Source: a virus
Virus record (IMG/VR): IMGVR_UViG_3300042923_000524
Span: 64,001 to 128,000 of that record
Reading direction: 5' to 3' (one strand)
Length of the DNA: 64,000 nucleotides
A program made the position numbers and the translations under genes. The notes under the pieces are model-generated. The model did not search any database. It saw only the letters and a program-made list of their open reading frames with translations, and was not told where the DNA came from. Shown piece after piece: positions 10,322 through 19,799 of this stretch; the first letter of the stretch is position 1; every line of letters starts with the position of its first letter.

Positions 10322-10909
10322 TTAATCAATTTTAATAACTTTATCATCTTTAGTATTCATAATATAAAAAGGTCTTTTGACTCCACACCCATGCTTCTCA
10401 GATGCTTCTAATCCCTCTTTTATTCTATCTATAGTACTTTTATCCTTATTCTGTGATAAAACAGCCATAGCAAATTGTTTTCCAGAGCCACTAGTTACAT
10501 AATCATCTTCTGATTCTAAAACTTGACCATTGTTTTCTATTATGTATAATTGATTTTTATAGGCAAGAATTATATCACCATTTATACTTTCATATCCGTC
10601 TTTATATGTGGTACATCTATAATCCCTAGCCAAACTCATTATTTTAGTTGCTGTATGCTTAAAAATATGTTCAATATTAACTTCGTTCTTCAAATGTTTA
10701 ATTTCACTAATTAAACCATCTTCAGTAGAAAGTATATTTTGTAACTTATAATCTCCGCATATAGCCATTAAAACATTTGAATTATCTTTTGCTTTAAATA
10801 CTTTCTTGTTTTTAAATAGTTGCTGACAATATCCATTAGAACCTAATGAATCTGCACCTATGTATACACAATCTTGTTCTTTATCAAATACCCCTATAAT
10901 ACAAGTCAC
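10322..10909 (-). CDS. HslV/proteasome-beta-like Ntn hydrolase
   Basis: Starts MTCIIG (N-terminal Thr nucleophile), GADSLG, KKVF, GSGKQFA. Confidence 0.7.
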   Translation of the reverse strand: MTCIIGVFDKEQDCVYIGADSLGSNGYCQQLFKNKKVFKAKDNSNVLMAICGDYKLQNILSTEDGLISEIKHLKNEVNIEHIFKHTATKIMSLARDYRCTTYKDGYESINGDIILAYKNQLYIIENNGQVLESEDDYVTSGSGKQFAMAVLSQNKDKSTIDRIKEGLEASEKHGCGVKRPFYIMNTKDDKVIKID

Positions 10910-10921
10910 TTATTAATCCTC

Positions 10922-11594
10922 CTATATCTCCGCACATTTCACAGCATAAATATTATATTTTACTTTACAAACTTGGCAAATATATGTATCTTTCTCAATA
11001 TCTAAATAAATTCTATTTACATTACTCATATCTCTACCACATATACTGCAACTCTCCCAAACATCACTGTATACTTTGTTATTAACTCTGTTGTTCATCT
11101 CTTGACTCATCCTCTTGATTTCCTTTCTCATCTACGATTACTTCCTCTTTGTGAACTGTATTTATTTTTATATTAATTATTACATCTGTATTATAAAATA
11201 ATATTGTTTCTAAATCAGTATCTAGTGTACTAAATCCATTGCCGATTTTTTCAACTAAATAAAATTTCTCTATCTTATTCTCAAATCTTCTTATTAGCTT
11301 TCCTGTGCCTTCAAATATAATATTATTTAAATCTGATATACTAATATGTATTGGTTGCTTAGTTACGCTATACAGATGAATTCCAAGTGTCTCATTTATA
11401 TCAACACTTTCAGGTAGTTTACTATTATATAAGTGATATTCTATCTTATCTATTCTATTCTTCAGCATCAGTACCCCTGTCTTGTTTAATCCTTTAACTG
11501 GCTCATCTTCTGAATCTAGTGTTGGTATAACCATTTCATAAGATTTAGTATCTATATTCTTATTCATATATCTTTCTATGTATTGATTGTTCAT
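10922..11594 (-). CDS. Two hypothetical proteins (10922-11131 with CxxC..CxxC; 11082-11594)
   Basis: ORF track. Confidence 0.5.
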
Positions 11595-11830
11595 TCTTTA
11601 TGATACCTCCATATATTTTGTTGTTTTAGTTATATTTATTAATTTTATATTTGTCATTATATAACTTTTGTAAAAGAAATCCTTAAATTCACAACTTTGT
11701 CGTGCTGACCACCTCCTTATAAATTAATTATAGCACGATTGTAGTGGAAGTCAATATGTAATTTTATATTTGTTATTAGTTAATTTTTACTTGATTAATT
11801 TGGAAATAAATTACAGTCCACACCCCCATT

Positions 11831-11970
11831 TCCACCTCTGGATATCCACCGTATGGAAACCCACATATGGAACTCCATAGTATGGAACTCCACCTCTGGA
11901 AAATGGCGTACTACTAATAATAATATAAACTAAAAATAATTAGACTAACAATAATATAACTAACAATAAG
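11831..11970. repeat. Candidate replication origin: five CCA-N4/5-TGGA iterons plus an AT-rich CTAA(C/T)AAT repeat tract
   Basis: TCCACCTCTGGA (11831), TCCACCGTATGGAA (11845), CCACATATGGAA (11861), TCCATAGTATGGAA (11874), TCCACCTCTGGAAA (11889), then ACTAATAAT/ACTAACAAT repeats. Confidence 0.65.
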
Positions 11971-12038
11971 AAATTAAAAATAATGTTAATTTTCTGACCG
12001 CCAAAAGGCGTTTAGTATTGACTTTCTTTTTCACATTT

Positions 12039-12362
12039 TTATTCGTCATCCAAAATCTGTTCTTTCACTTTTCTAGTTTCGTAAATTTCATATGGATAAC
12101 TAAATCTACCATCTATTCTATTTTTGATTTTATCTCTTTCTACATATCCTGATTCAATTAACTCTTTCATTATCTTAGAAATACCCTTTACACCACAATT
12201 AAAGTGTTTTGCTATTTCTGTTTCATAAAATTGCCAATCATCAGGTTGAGATAATAAATACAACATTATTCCTTTTGCTTGAGGGGATAGTGTATGGTCG
12301 TTTATTAAGTCTTTATGTATTTGAACAAAATTGCCTTTTTCTTTTTCAGCTCTATATATCAT
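12039..12362 (-). CDS. Winged-HTH protein like the N-terminal domain of phage/plasmid replication initiators
   Basis: NFVQIHKDLINDHTLSPQAKGIMLYLLSQPDDWQF...EIAKHF...IMKELIESGYV. Confidence 0.7.
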   Translation of the reverse strand: MIYRAEKEKGNFVQIHKDLINDHTLSPQAKGIMLYLLSQPDDWQFYETEIAKHFNCGVKGISKIMKELIESGYVERDKIKNRIDGRFSYPYEIYETRKVKEQILDDE

Positions 12363-12456
12363 TTAAACTTTTTTCACCTCCTACATTAATTCTATCATGG
12401 TTATTTTGTTTGTCAACACCTAATTTTATATTTGTTTTTATAAACTTATATTTTGA

Positions 12457-12663
12457 TTAATCTCCTTCCTTAATAAACTCAACTATGTCCCCTATTTCAC
12501 ATCCTAAATAAACACATAACTTTTCTATAGTCTCCAATGTTAGGTTTTCATTATTATTTATCTTTGTTACTATCTTAAAACTTAATCCAGATTCTTTGCA
12601 AACCGTACTAAGTTTTAATCTTCTATCTACAAGCAAATGTAATAGTTTGTTATAACTTATCAT
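12457..12663 (-). CDS. Cro/C1-type HTH regulator (68 aa)
   Basis: MISYNKLLHLL...LTLETIEKLCVYLGCEIGDIVEF. Confidence 0.85.
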   Translation of the reverse strand: MISYNKLLHLLVDRRLKLSTVCKESGLSFKIVTKINNNENLTLETIEKLCVYLGCEIGDIVEFIKEGD

Positions 12664-12736
12664 TAATATTCACCTCTATACCATTATATGCTAAAGGTAG
12701 TGAAAAATAAATATAGGAAAAATATTATATTTATGG

Positions 12737-12855
12737 TTGCAATATTAACCGATAGGTAATATAATAAGAGCATAAGGTATTACTTTTGACATACAAAACA
12801 TTAAACTAAAACTCAAAACAAAAGAAAAACCATAAAAAGTGTTACAAATAACATA
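12737..12855 (+). promoter_or_regulatory. sigmaA promoter of the parM operon followed by AAAAC-type phased repeats (parC-like)
   Basis: TTGCAA(12737)-17-TATAAT(12760); AAAAC/AAAC tracts at about 12795-12835 before the RBS. Confidence 0.6.
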
Positions 12856-12875
12856 CTTAAAAGGAGAGTGAAACA

Positions 12876-13805
12876 ATGTATGCTAGTATTGATTTAGGTA
12901 CAACAAGAATAAAAGACCATCTAGGTAATTGTTATGCGTCTGGAATATCAGAGAGAGTTTACGACATGGCAAATTATGTTATGACACTAGAAGGTAAAAA
13001 ATATACAATGGAATTATTTCATGAGAAAGCAATATACGATGTAAATAGTAATAAAGCTTTAAATACTAATGCTAGATTAAACTACTTATATGCTTTACAC
13101 AAAATTACTAATGGTGATATGGGTATATATAAAGATGTTGTTGTACCCCTACCAGCAAAACAATATGAAAATGAAGAATCTGTAGCAATGTATAAGAAAC
13201 TTCTTACATTAGATAATTCAATAATGGTTGATGTAAATGGAAATACAAAAGAAATATATGTTGATAGTGTAGGAATTGTACCAGAGGATTTTCCAGCTTA
13301 CTATACAGAAGAAATAAATACTGAACGTTTTGGAAATGCAAAAACTCTATTAATTGGAATTGGTGGATTTAATTCAAATCAATACCTAATAAAGAATGGG
13401 GATATAATAAAATCTGACTCAGACGAACAGGGTTGTTTACAGTTATTTAGTGACATTGCAAGCATTATAAACAGTAAATATAATTCTAATATAAGTCTTG
13501 AAGAAGTGTATAGTACTTTAACTAAAGGATTATTTTACAAAGGTGAATATATTGATATTTTACCAATTGCTAAAGAACCTATAATGGAATATTGTAAGAA
13601 ATTTTATAATAAACTCAAACTTAAATTTTCTGTAGATACCGTGCCTTTTGTTCCTTGCGTGGGAGGCGGTAGCATATTTTTAACAGAATATTTACGTGAA
13701 TATATCCCCCACTTAGAGTTAATTAAAAATGCACAGAATGTTGCTGCTAAAGGTATGAGATATATGTTAGGTGTAGATGAATTACAGGATGTGGTTAATT
13801 TATGA
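12876..13805 (+). CDS. ParM/StbA actin-like partition ATPase
   Basis: SIDLGTTRIK phosphate-1 loop, VVVPLP, IGIGGFNS (phosphate-2), CVGGGS, NAQNVAAKG. Confidence 0.8.
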   Translation: MYASIDLGTTRIKDHLGNCYASGISERVYDMANYVMTLEGKKYTMELFHEKAIYDVNSNKALNTNARLNYLYALHKITNGDMGIYKDVVVPLPAKQYENEESVAMYKKLLTLDNSIMVDVNGNTKEIYVDSVGIVPEDFPAYYTEEINTERFGNAKTLLIGIGGFNSNQYLIKNGDIIKSDSDEQGCLQLFSDIASIINSKYNSNISLEEVYSTLTKGLFYKGEYIDILPIAKEPIMEYCKKFYNKLKLKFSVDTVPFVPCVGGGSIFLTEYLREYIPHLELIKNAQNVAAKGMRYMLGVDELQDVVNL

Positions 13806-14017
13806 GCTGGAGGAGAAGTTTATCATTTTCAACAGATGAAGAGGATTTAAAGAATCACTTTGATACAGGTGGGAGAAGTGATTTTGCTAAAGAAGCTATG
13901 AAATTCTTTATTAAGTTTAGAGATAAGGTTTTTATTGTTCCAGATGGAATGAGTTTTAATCATTCACCCAAAACAGCACAAATACCAAAGAATAATATTA
14001 AGAAATTTATCAAATAA
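13802..14017 (+). CDS. Putative ParR-like adaptor
   Basis: 71 aa, overlaps the parM stop (ATGA); RHH-like RSDFAKEAMKFFI. Confidence 0.5.
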   Translation: MSWRRSLSFSTDEEDLKNHFDTGGRSDFAKEAMKFFIKFRDKVFIVPDGMSFNHSPKTAQIPKNNIKKFIK

Positions 14018-14167
14018 TACTAATAATTAACATAATTACCTATATAAAATACTTCTGATGAAATAATTGATTACAAAAGACTTAAAGAACGCATTAAGAG
14101 TCTAATCAATAGTTTTATTAGGAGTATTTTTATTATAATCATTTGCTTAAAATAGGAGGGATATGAA

Positions 14168-14347
14168 TTGGAAGTGATAGGTGCATTTATATATACTTAT
14201 TTAGAATATGTTGTTGGTGGGGTTGGGGCAGTAGGATTTATAGGGTATATGTTGACTAGAAAAACACATGACCATTCAAATGATTTAACCCCTTATGTAG
14301 TAAAATTGGGTAGACAAAAAGATGCTATTACTAAACAAACAAAATAA
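14168..14347 (+). CDS. Small membrane-anchored protein upstream of FtsK
   Basis: AGGAGG, TTG start; hydrophobic YLEYVVGGVGAVGFIGYML. Confidence 0.5.
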   Translation: MEVIGAFIYTYLEYVVGGVGAVGFIGYMLTRKTHDHSNDLTPYVVKLGRQKDAITKQTK

Positions 14348-14363
14348 AGTGAGGTAGTGTATT

Positions 14364-15752
14364 ATGGCAAACCCATTAGCAAAAACAAATTTGAAATCTA
14401 AATTAACTAAAGAGGATATTCTAAATCAGAAAAAATATATAAAAGCAAAAAACGAATTCAAAGAAAAATTCTACAGATTAATGTTTGAGTTAGGTTTGTA
14501 CAATAAATTCAATAAAACTTATTTCTTACAGATAATGAATGAAACTAATTATGGATTTTATGCTCAGTTGTATCTTGTAGATGGTCTTTCGTTTAAACAA
14601 CTTCAACAAAAAATAGGTGAATTACAGGAGGGATTATGTTGTATTTGGATAATGCAGACTAAACAATTTGAGAATTATGCTTCAGTAAAGATAGTTACTC
14701 AACCTTTAGATGAAAACTTACCATTTGAAAATCCAAAGATTAAACCACATCAAATGTATCTAGGTATGAGTTTTTCAATGAAACCTATAATCATAGACGT
14801 TGTGTTAAACTGCATGATGCTCTGTGGAGGTGCTACAAACAAAGGAAAAACTAGATGGATATATTGTGTATTACTTAGTTGGATTTTAGGATGTAAACCT
14901 TCAGAAGTTGAATTATATATTTCAGATATTGCAAAGGATGAATACGTACTATTTAAGAATGTTAAACATGTTAAGTGTTATGCCAATGAATTGGAACAAT
15001 TATACAATATGGTACATGAATTAAAACGTAAGTTTGAAGAAAGAAAAGTATTAATTAGTAAATATAGAGAGACAGGTGAAGCGACTAATATATGGGAATA
15101 CAATCTAATTAGTAAAAACAAATTATCATATGTTTATTATGTTATAGATGAATTATCAGTGTTAATGCCTGATAAAACTGACAGTGAAGATGAAAAAGAC
15201 ATGAAAGGCGAAATACTAGCTATTTCAAAAATGCTAGAAAAGACCGCTAGAGCATTAGGTATATATGTATTATGTGCGACACAAAAAACTACTAAAGAAG
15301 AAATGCCAAGTATTATTAAAAATATGTCAGCCGTAAGAGTAAGTTTCGGAGCGAATGATGCAGTATCTTCAGAAGTTATTATGGGAGACTCCAGTGCAGT
15401 AGGGTTGCAACAGAGATATGCTGTCTACTCTTTAAATGGCGGTGAGAAGAAAGATTATTTGTTTAGTCCTTACCTAACCACAGATATGTTAAAAATGTTA
15501 CTAGAGCCGTATAAAACAAATAAAACAGAATTAAACAAACCTAATCCAATAAAAGAAATACCAACTATTGAAACTCTAGATTTACCGAAACAAATGATTC
15601 CTTATAATCAAAATTCAAATTATACACTTCAGCCTATTATATGGAAATTAGATGCAAAGTTTAGACCATATAAAAAGCAGGATGTGGAAATTGTAGAAAT
15701 GCCTAAACCACTATTTCATAATAATGGAGATGATGATTGCATTGATTACTGA
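14364..15752 (+). CDS. FtsK/SpoIIIE-family ATPase
   Basis: Walker A GGATNKGKT, Walker B YYVIDE, ARALGIYVLCATQ, VRVSFG. Confidence 0.85.
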   Translation: MANPLAKTNLKSKLTKEDILNQKKYIKAKNEFKEKFYRLMFELGLYNKFNKTYFLQIMNETNYGFYAQLYLVDGLSFKQLQQKIGELQEGLCCIWIMQTKQFENYASVKIVTQPLDENLPFENPKIKPHQMYLGMSFSMKPIIIDVVLNCMMLCGGATNKGKTRWIYCVLLSWILGCKPSEVELYISDIAKDEYVLFKNVKHVKCYANELEQLYNMVHELKRKFEERKVLISKYRETGEATNIWEYNLISKNKLSYVYYVIDELSVLMPDKTDSEDEKDMKGEILAISKMLEKTARALGIYVLCATQKTTKEEMPSIIKNMSAVRVSFGANDAVSSEVIMGDSSAVGLQQRYAVYSLNGGEKKDYLFSPYLTTDMLKMLLEPYKTNKTELNKPNPIKEIPTIETLDLPKQMIPYNQNSNYTLQPIIWKLDAKFRPYKKQDVEIVEMPKPLFHNNGDDDCIDY

Positions 15753-16362
15753 TAAAGATTATTTAATCATACGCTATTTAGAAAAGTATAAATTTTGTAC
15801 CATAGGACAATTAGAGAAAATTTTCTACAGAGAACAACAATACAGTTACAATATTGTGAGAAAAAGACTTGAAGAAATGATTAAGGCTAAATATATTAAA
15901 GAACCTGTTAAGAATCTTGAAACTAATAAGAATGTTTATATTTACAATGACAAAGATTTAAAACCACCTAATCACCATAGATTAATCCTTTTAGATTTAC
16001 TTGCAGAGATGATATATTCAGGATTTAATGTAGAACAATTTGAAATTGAAAAATCATGGGCAGATGGAAAATTTCGTTCAGATGCTTTTGCAGTATTTAC
16101 AATTCCTGATGGTTTTGGTTCTACAAAGAAAAGAAAATATCACTTTTTTATAGAAGTGCAATTATCAAACAACTATCACAACTTGAACAAATATGATGAA
16201 CTTTATAAAACCTATGCTGTTCAAAATTATTTAAACAAAGACTTTTATCCTAATAAGATATTATTAATCTCTGACAAAACTTATCCAAAGATAGAGTTAC
16301 AACATGCTCAAGTAATACAACTAGATACTAAGTTAAGTTTATTTCCAATCATACTTTTATAG
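15724..16362 (+). CDS. Replication-relaxation-like protein (wHTH plus PD-(D/E)xK-like domain)
   Basis: LITDKDYLIIRYLEKYKFCTIGQL..., HRLILLD, RSDAF, FFIEVQ; coupled to FtsK as in Firmicute phage/plasmid modules. Confidence 0.65.
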   Translation: MEMMIALITDKDYLIIRYLEKYKFCTIGQLEKIFYREQQYSYNIVRKRLEEMIKAKYIKEPVKNLETNKNVYIYNDKDLKPPNHHRLILLDLLAEMIYSGFNVEQFEIEKSWADGKFRSDAFAVFTIPDGFGSTKKRKYHFFIEVQLSNNYHNLNKYDELYKTYAVQNYLNKDFYPNKILLISDKTYPKIELQHAQVIQLDTKLSLFPIILL

Positions 16363-16471
16363 TAAATATTGTAGCAAATACTGTAGTTTTATATGGTTGT
16401 TAACTACTAGATAATAAGGTATGTGGACATTGGGAATATGAATAGGGACAATAAATCAATAGTAATAGCGA

Positions 16472-17134
16472 ATGAATATGAAGCTGTTACGTATGCATGA
16501 AGGAGTGATAGCGATGTCATGGAATTTCAAAATGGCAATTGACGAACTCCATAAGATATTCACTTTCTTAAACTTAGAAATATTCAATAATATACTACCA
16601 GAACCAGCAATTACCATTCAATCTAAAGGTAAGAGAAATGCTCTAGGATGGTGTAGTAAAAATCCAATATGGGTAGATAGTGAAAACAAAGAACAAAAGT
16701 ATGAAATTAACATTTGTGCAGAAAATGCAAATATGAAGACTACTGATATAGTTGAAGTTATGTTGCATGAAATGGTTCATCTTTACGGAGATATACATGA
16801 GATTAAAACTACTTCAAGAAATGGGAGTTTTCATAATAAAAATTATAGAGACTTGGCATTGCAGTTTGGATTAAATGTTGCTAAAACAAAACAATATGGA
16901 TATTCAGAAACAATGCTGTGTGAGGAAACTATAATATTAGTTAATAATGCTAATTTTAATCAAGACGCATTTATATTAGCTAGAATTAATGATGAAGGCA
17001 ATATAAGTAAGAAAAAAGGTAGTATTAAACATGTATGCCCTGATTGTGGAAATAAAGCCAGAACCACCAAAGAGATTCCACTTATATGTGGTAAATGCAT
17101 GGAACAAATGGATATGGAAGTTGATGAAAGTTGA
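16472..17134 (+). CDS. SprT-like zinc metalloprotease with C-terminal zinc ribbon
   Basis: MLHEMVH (HExxH), FHNK, CPDCG...CGKC. Likely start is the ATG at 16514 after GGAG. Confidence 0.8.
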   Translation: MNMKLLRMHEGVIAMSWNFKMAIDELHKIFTFLNLEIFNNILPEPAITIQSKGKRNALGWCSKNPIWVDSENKEQKYEINICAENANMKTTDIVEVMLHEMVHLYGDIHEIKTTSRNGSFHNKNYRDLALQFGLNVAKTKQYGYSETMLCEETIILVNNANFNQDAFILARINDEGNISKKKGSIKHVCPDCGNKARTTKEIPLICGKCMEQMDMEVDES

Positions 17135-17404
17135 ATATTAATTTTCAAATTATGCGGTAAAACTGAAAAGTTGAATCCGCAATACATATAAGAAAGCTAA
17201 CTACAAAAGATGAATGCAATTTCTTATATTAGTTTAAATGTAGGAATTGTAGTAATACTTATCCTGTGTCTCCTTATGTGTTGGTTTAAGTTATGAGTAA
17301 GATGAATGTTGAATCATTATTCTGCGGTAGTAACTTATCTTGACATGTCTGGTTATGTAGGGTCTGTATTGTTGCAGTTGTTATGTTTGGATTGATGTAG
17401 GAAG

Positions 17405-18547
17405 ATGTGTTGGTCTTATGTGGTTGGCTTTTTATTATATGAACAAAAGAAAGGTGGAATACAAATGTTAAAATTTATGGTTAACTTGTTTGAACTTTAC
17501 TTAATTACTATGGTGAGTTTTAAAGTATTGAGATTTGTAGTAAGAAGAAGTTTTGGATTAGGCAAGAAAAGTAAAGTTAAAAACGCAAAGAAAAGATTGA
17601 GCATTCTTGGAAAGATTAGATTGTTGATTAGTAGACAGTTGCATAGCAAATTAGACGGAATGTTGACTAAACAATCTGAGAGATTTAAAGCAAAAAAAGA
17701 AAGCCTTGCTAAGATTGACGCTCAACAAGACTCAAAGGAGAATATTAATAAAGTTGTAGACTTTAAGGGTTACAAAAGTAAAGTTGTTAAGTAGTTATGT
17801 GAGAGGTTAATTCCTCTCCTTACTACACTAACAATATTATGTGCTGATTGATTATGGTTTATGCGGAACAAAGGAGAGTGATTTTATGAATTTAATAAAT
17901 TTAATAAGACTTTGCGAATTACTTGAAGCACCAATTACAATAAATTTTCAAAACAAACATATTAAGATTACGATAGACTTTCAAAATTTTGAAGGAAATA
18001 ATTCAGAATTATTATTAGAAGAGATACTTAATGATGAATTGATAAACAAGATATACAAAGAAGAATTAAAAAAATTTGAAAATACAAAGGAGAATGAGTT
18101 ATGAGATATTTATTGATTAATAGCAAAACAAATGAAAAAGTAGGTGATTTTAGTACACGACAAAGAGCAAGTAGAAAGCAAGATAAACTAGACAATGAAT
18201 ATGGTGGTTATATACATCATATTAAAGAAGTTATATAGGGAGTGAAATATCTCCCTTCTCTTCACAAAAATAAGAATTTAAAATTATAAGAAATTAATTA
18301 AAAGTGAGGCTATTTTATGGAAAATTGTACAGAAAATAAGCAAAAACATATGAAAATTAATAGAAATTACAAGAGAAAATCTAATAGAAATTATAGATAT
18401 ATACTTATAGATTTAAGTGCTTATAATATACAGAGTATTGCTAATGTGTTGCTGGGATATGGGGTTTATTTATTGTTTAGTAGTATTAATTTGGGTTTTG
18501 AGAGTATGGCTACTGTTAATGCGTTTAAATATTTGAATAGAATGTAA
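17405..18547 (+). CDS. Three hypothetical proteins (17405-17794, TM plus basic; 17841-18104; 18317-18547, TM)
   Basis: ORF track, RBSs present. Confidence 0.5.
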
Positions 18548-18568
18548 AATAAGAAAGGGGATAGAATA

Positions 18569-18751
18569 ATGGGTACAATTATTACAATGGCTGGTATTGC
18601 TATAGGTGGAATGATGTTAGAAGGAGTTTTAGCAAAAGCAGGTAAAATGGAAGAGGCTAAATATGTAGGAATGACAACTATAGCAGGTTTGGCAATCACT
18701 GCTGTTACTAAGTTTGTGCAATTAGCAAAAACACTTAGTAGTTTAGGTTAG
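18569..18751 (+). CDS. SpoIIIAC-like two-TM small protein
   Basis: IITMAGIAIGGMMLEGVLAKAGKMEEAKYVGMTTIAGL resembles SpoIIIAC (IxxIAxxG...vLxxxGxxE.A....lAGL), from memory. Confidence 0.55.
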   Translation: MGTIITMAGIAIGGMMLEGVLAKAGKMEEAKYVGMTTIAGLAITAVTKFVQLAKTLSSLG

Positions 18752-18759
18752 GTGATATT

Positions 18760-19107
18760 ATGTTAGGATTAATAACTTTAGCAGGAGGAGCAATTGTTAT
18801 AGGAATTAGTTGTATGGTTGATGCCAGTGGAACTGTAAAGTTAGTTGTTAGTGCAATCACAATAAGAGGTATTACATGGGTAATTAAAAAAACTATAGGT
18901 AGTATAGATAAAGATAAAGCTGATTTGATAAACTTTACTGGATGGAGTATATGTGGTATTAGTTTGGTTGGAATATTAAAGAATTGTAAGAAAGGGATAG
19001 AACCAATTGTGAGGGATTTTGGTGAAGCTGCTGGAACTGTGAGTAAGATTAAAAGTGATTTAGATGGATTTGCTGAATGGGTAGAGAGAATTACATTTTG
19101 GGACTAA
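18760..19107 (+). CDS. Multi-TM hypothetical protein
   Basis: 115 aa with three hydrophobic segments; co-transcribed with the SpoIIIAC-like gene. Confidence 0.6.
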   Translation: MLGLITLAGGAIVIGISCMVDASGTVKLVVSAITIRGITWVIKKTIGSIDKDKADLINFTGWSICGISLVGILKNCKKGIEPIVRDFGEAAGTVSKIKSDLDGFAEWVERITFWD

Positions 19108-19152
19108 AAATATAAGGGTAGATTACTACCCTTATATTTTATTTTATATTTA

Positions 19153-19740
19153 TTATTGATTAATATATGTAAAAGTGAATCCATTATAATCTTTTCTATT
19201 ATTATTTAATACTTGCCATATTATTTTATAATCTAAATTTAATTCTTTTCCTGCTTCTATAAGTGAATTATATATTTTTTTTGTTTCATTACATACTATT
19301 TTTCGTTTTGTTAAAGATTCATTTCTTATTAAATCCTCACCAGTATATCCAGATTCCAATCTTCCCAATATTGTAAGTCTTTTAACTCCACTTTCTTTTG
19401 ACCATTCAGAAATACTTTTTGTAATTCCATTAATTGTTATTTCTTTTCTATTTGACCTATTTATTGCTTGTTTGTTTAATGGTATCCATTTACAATTTTC
19501 AGGACAATAATCTTTATCAACATCAATACGTTCTAAACTCAATCCTTCTTCATAACCATTATTTATTGCCCACTCTTTAAATGTTAAATAATCATTCCAC
19601 TCATCACATATCTTAATTCCTTTTCCACCATAATACTTATAATTTTCAAATGTAATACAATTACATCTTTTTCTCATACCATTCCATCTTTTATAAAGTG
19701 TGGTATAAGATTCTCCATGTGTCTTTTTACCCATTAACAT
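19153..19740 (-). CDS. HNH homing endonuclease with C-terminal NUMOD1-like DNA-binding domain
   Basis: YGGKGIKICDEW...SLERIDVDKDYCPENCKW; KIVCNETKKIYNSLIEAGKEL. Confidence 0.8.
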   Translation of the reverse strand: MLMGKKTHGESYTTLYKRWNGMRKRCNCITFENYKYYGGKGIKICDEWNDYLTFKEWAINNGYEEGLSLERIDVDKDYCPENCKWIPLNKQAINRSNRKEITINGITKSISEWSKESGVKRLTILGRLESGYTGEDLIRNESLTKRKIVCNETKKIYNSLIEAGKELNLDYKIIWQVLNNNRKDYNGFTFTYINQ

Positions 19741-19799
19741 ACCTCCTTGATTTTATAATTTTATATTAGTTATTTAATCATAACATGGATATACAGAAT

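Noticed and set aside
12769-12800. sigmaE/sigmaK promoter for parM (GCATA..CATACAAA)
   Set aside because: Spacing is one base short of consensus, and a good sigmaA promoter lies just upstream.
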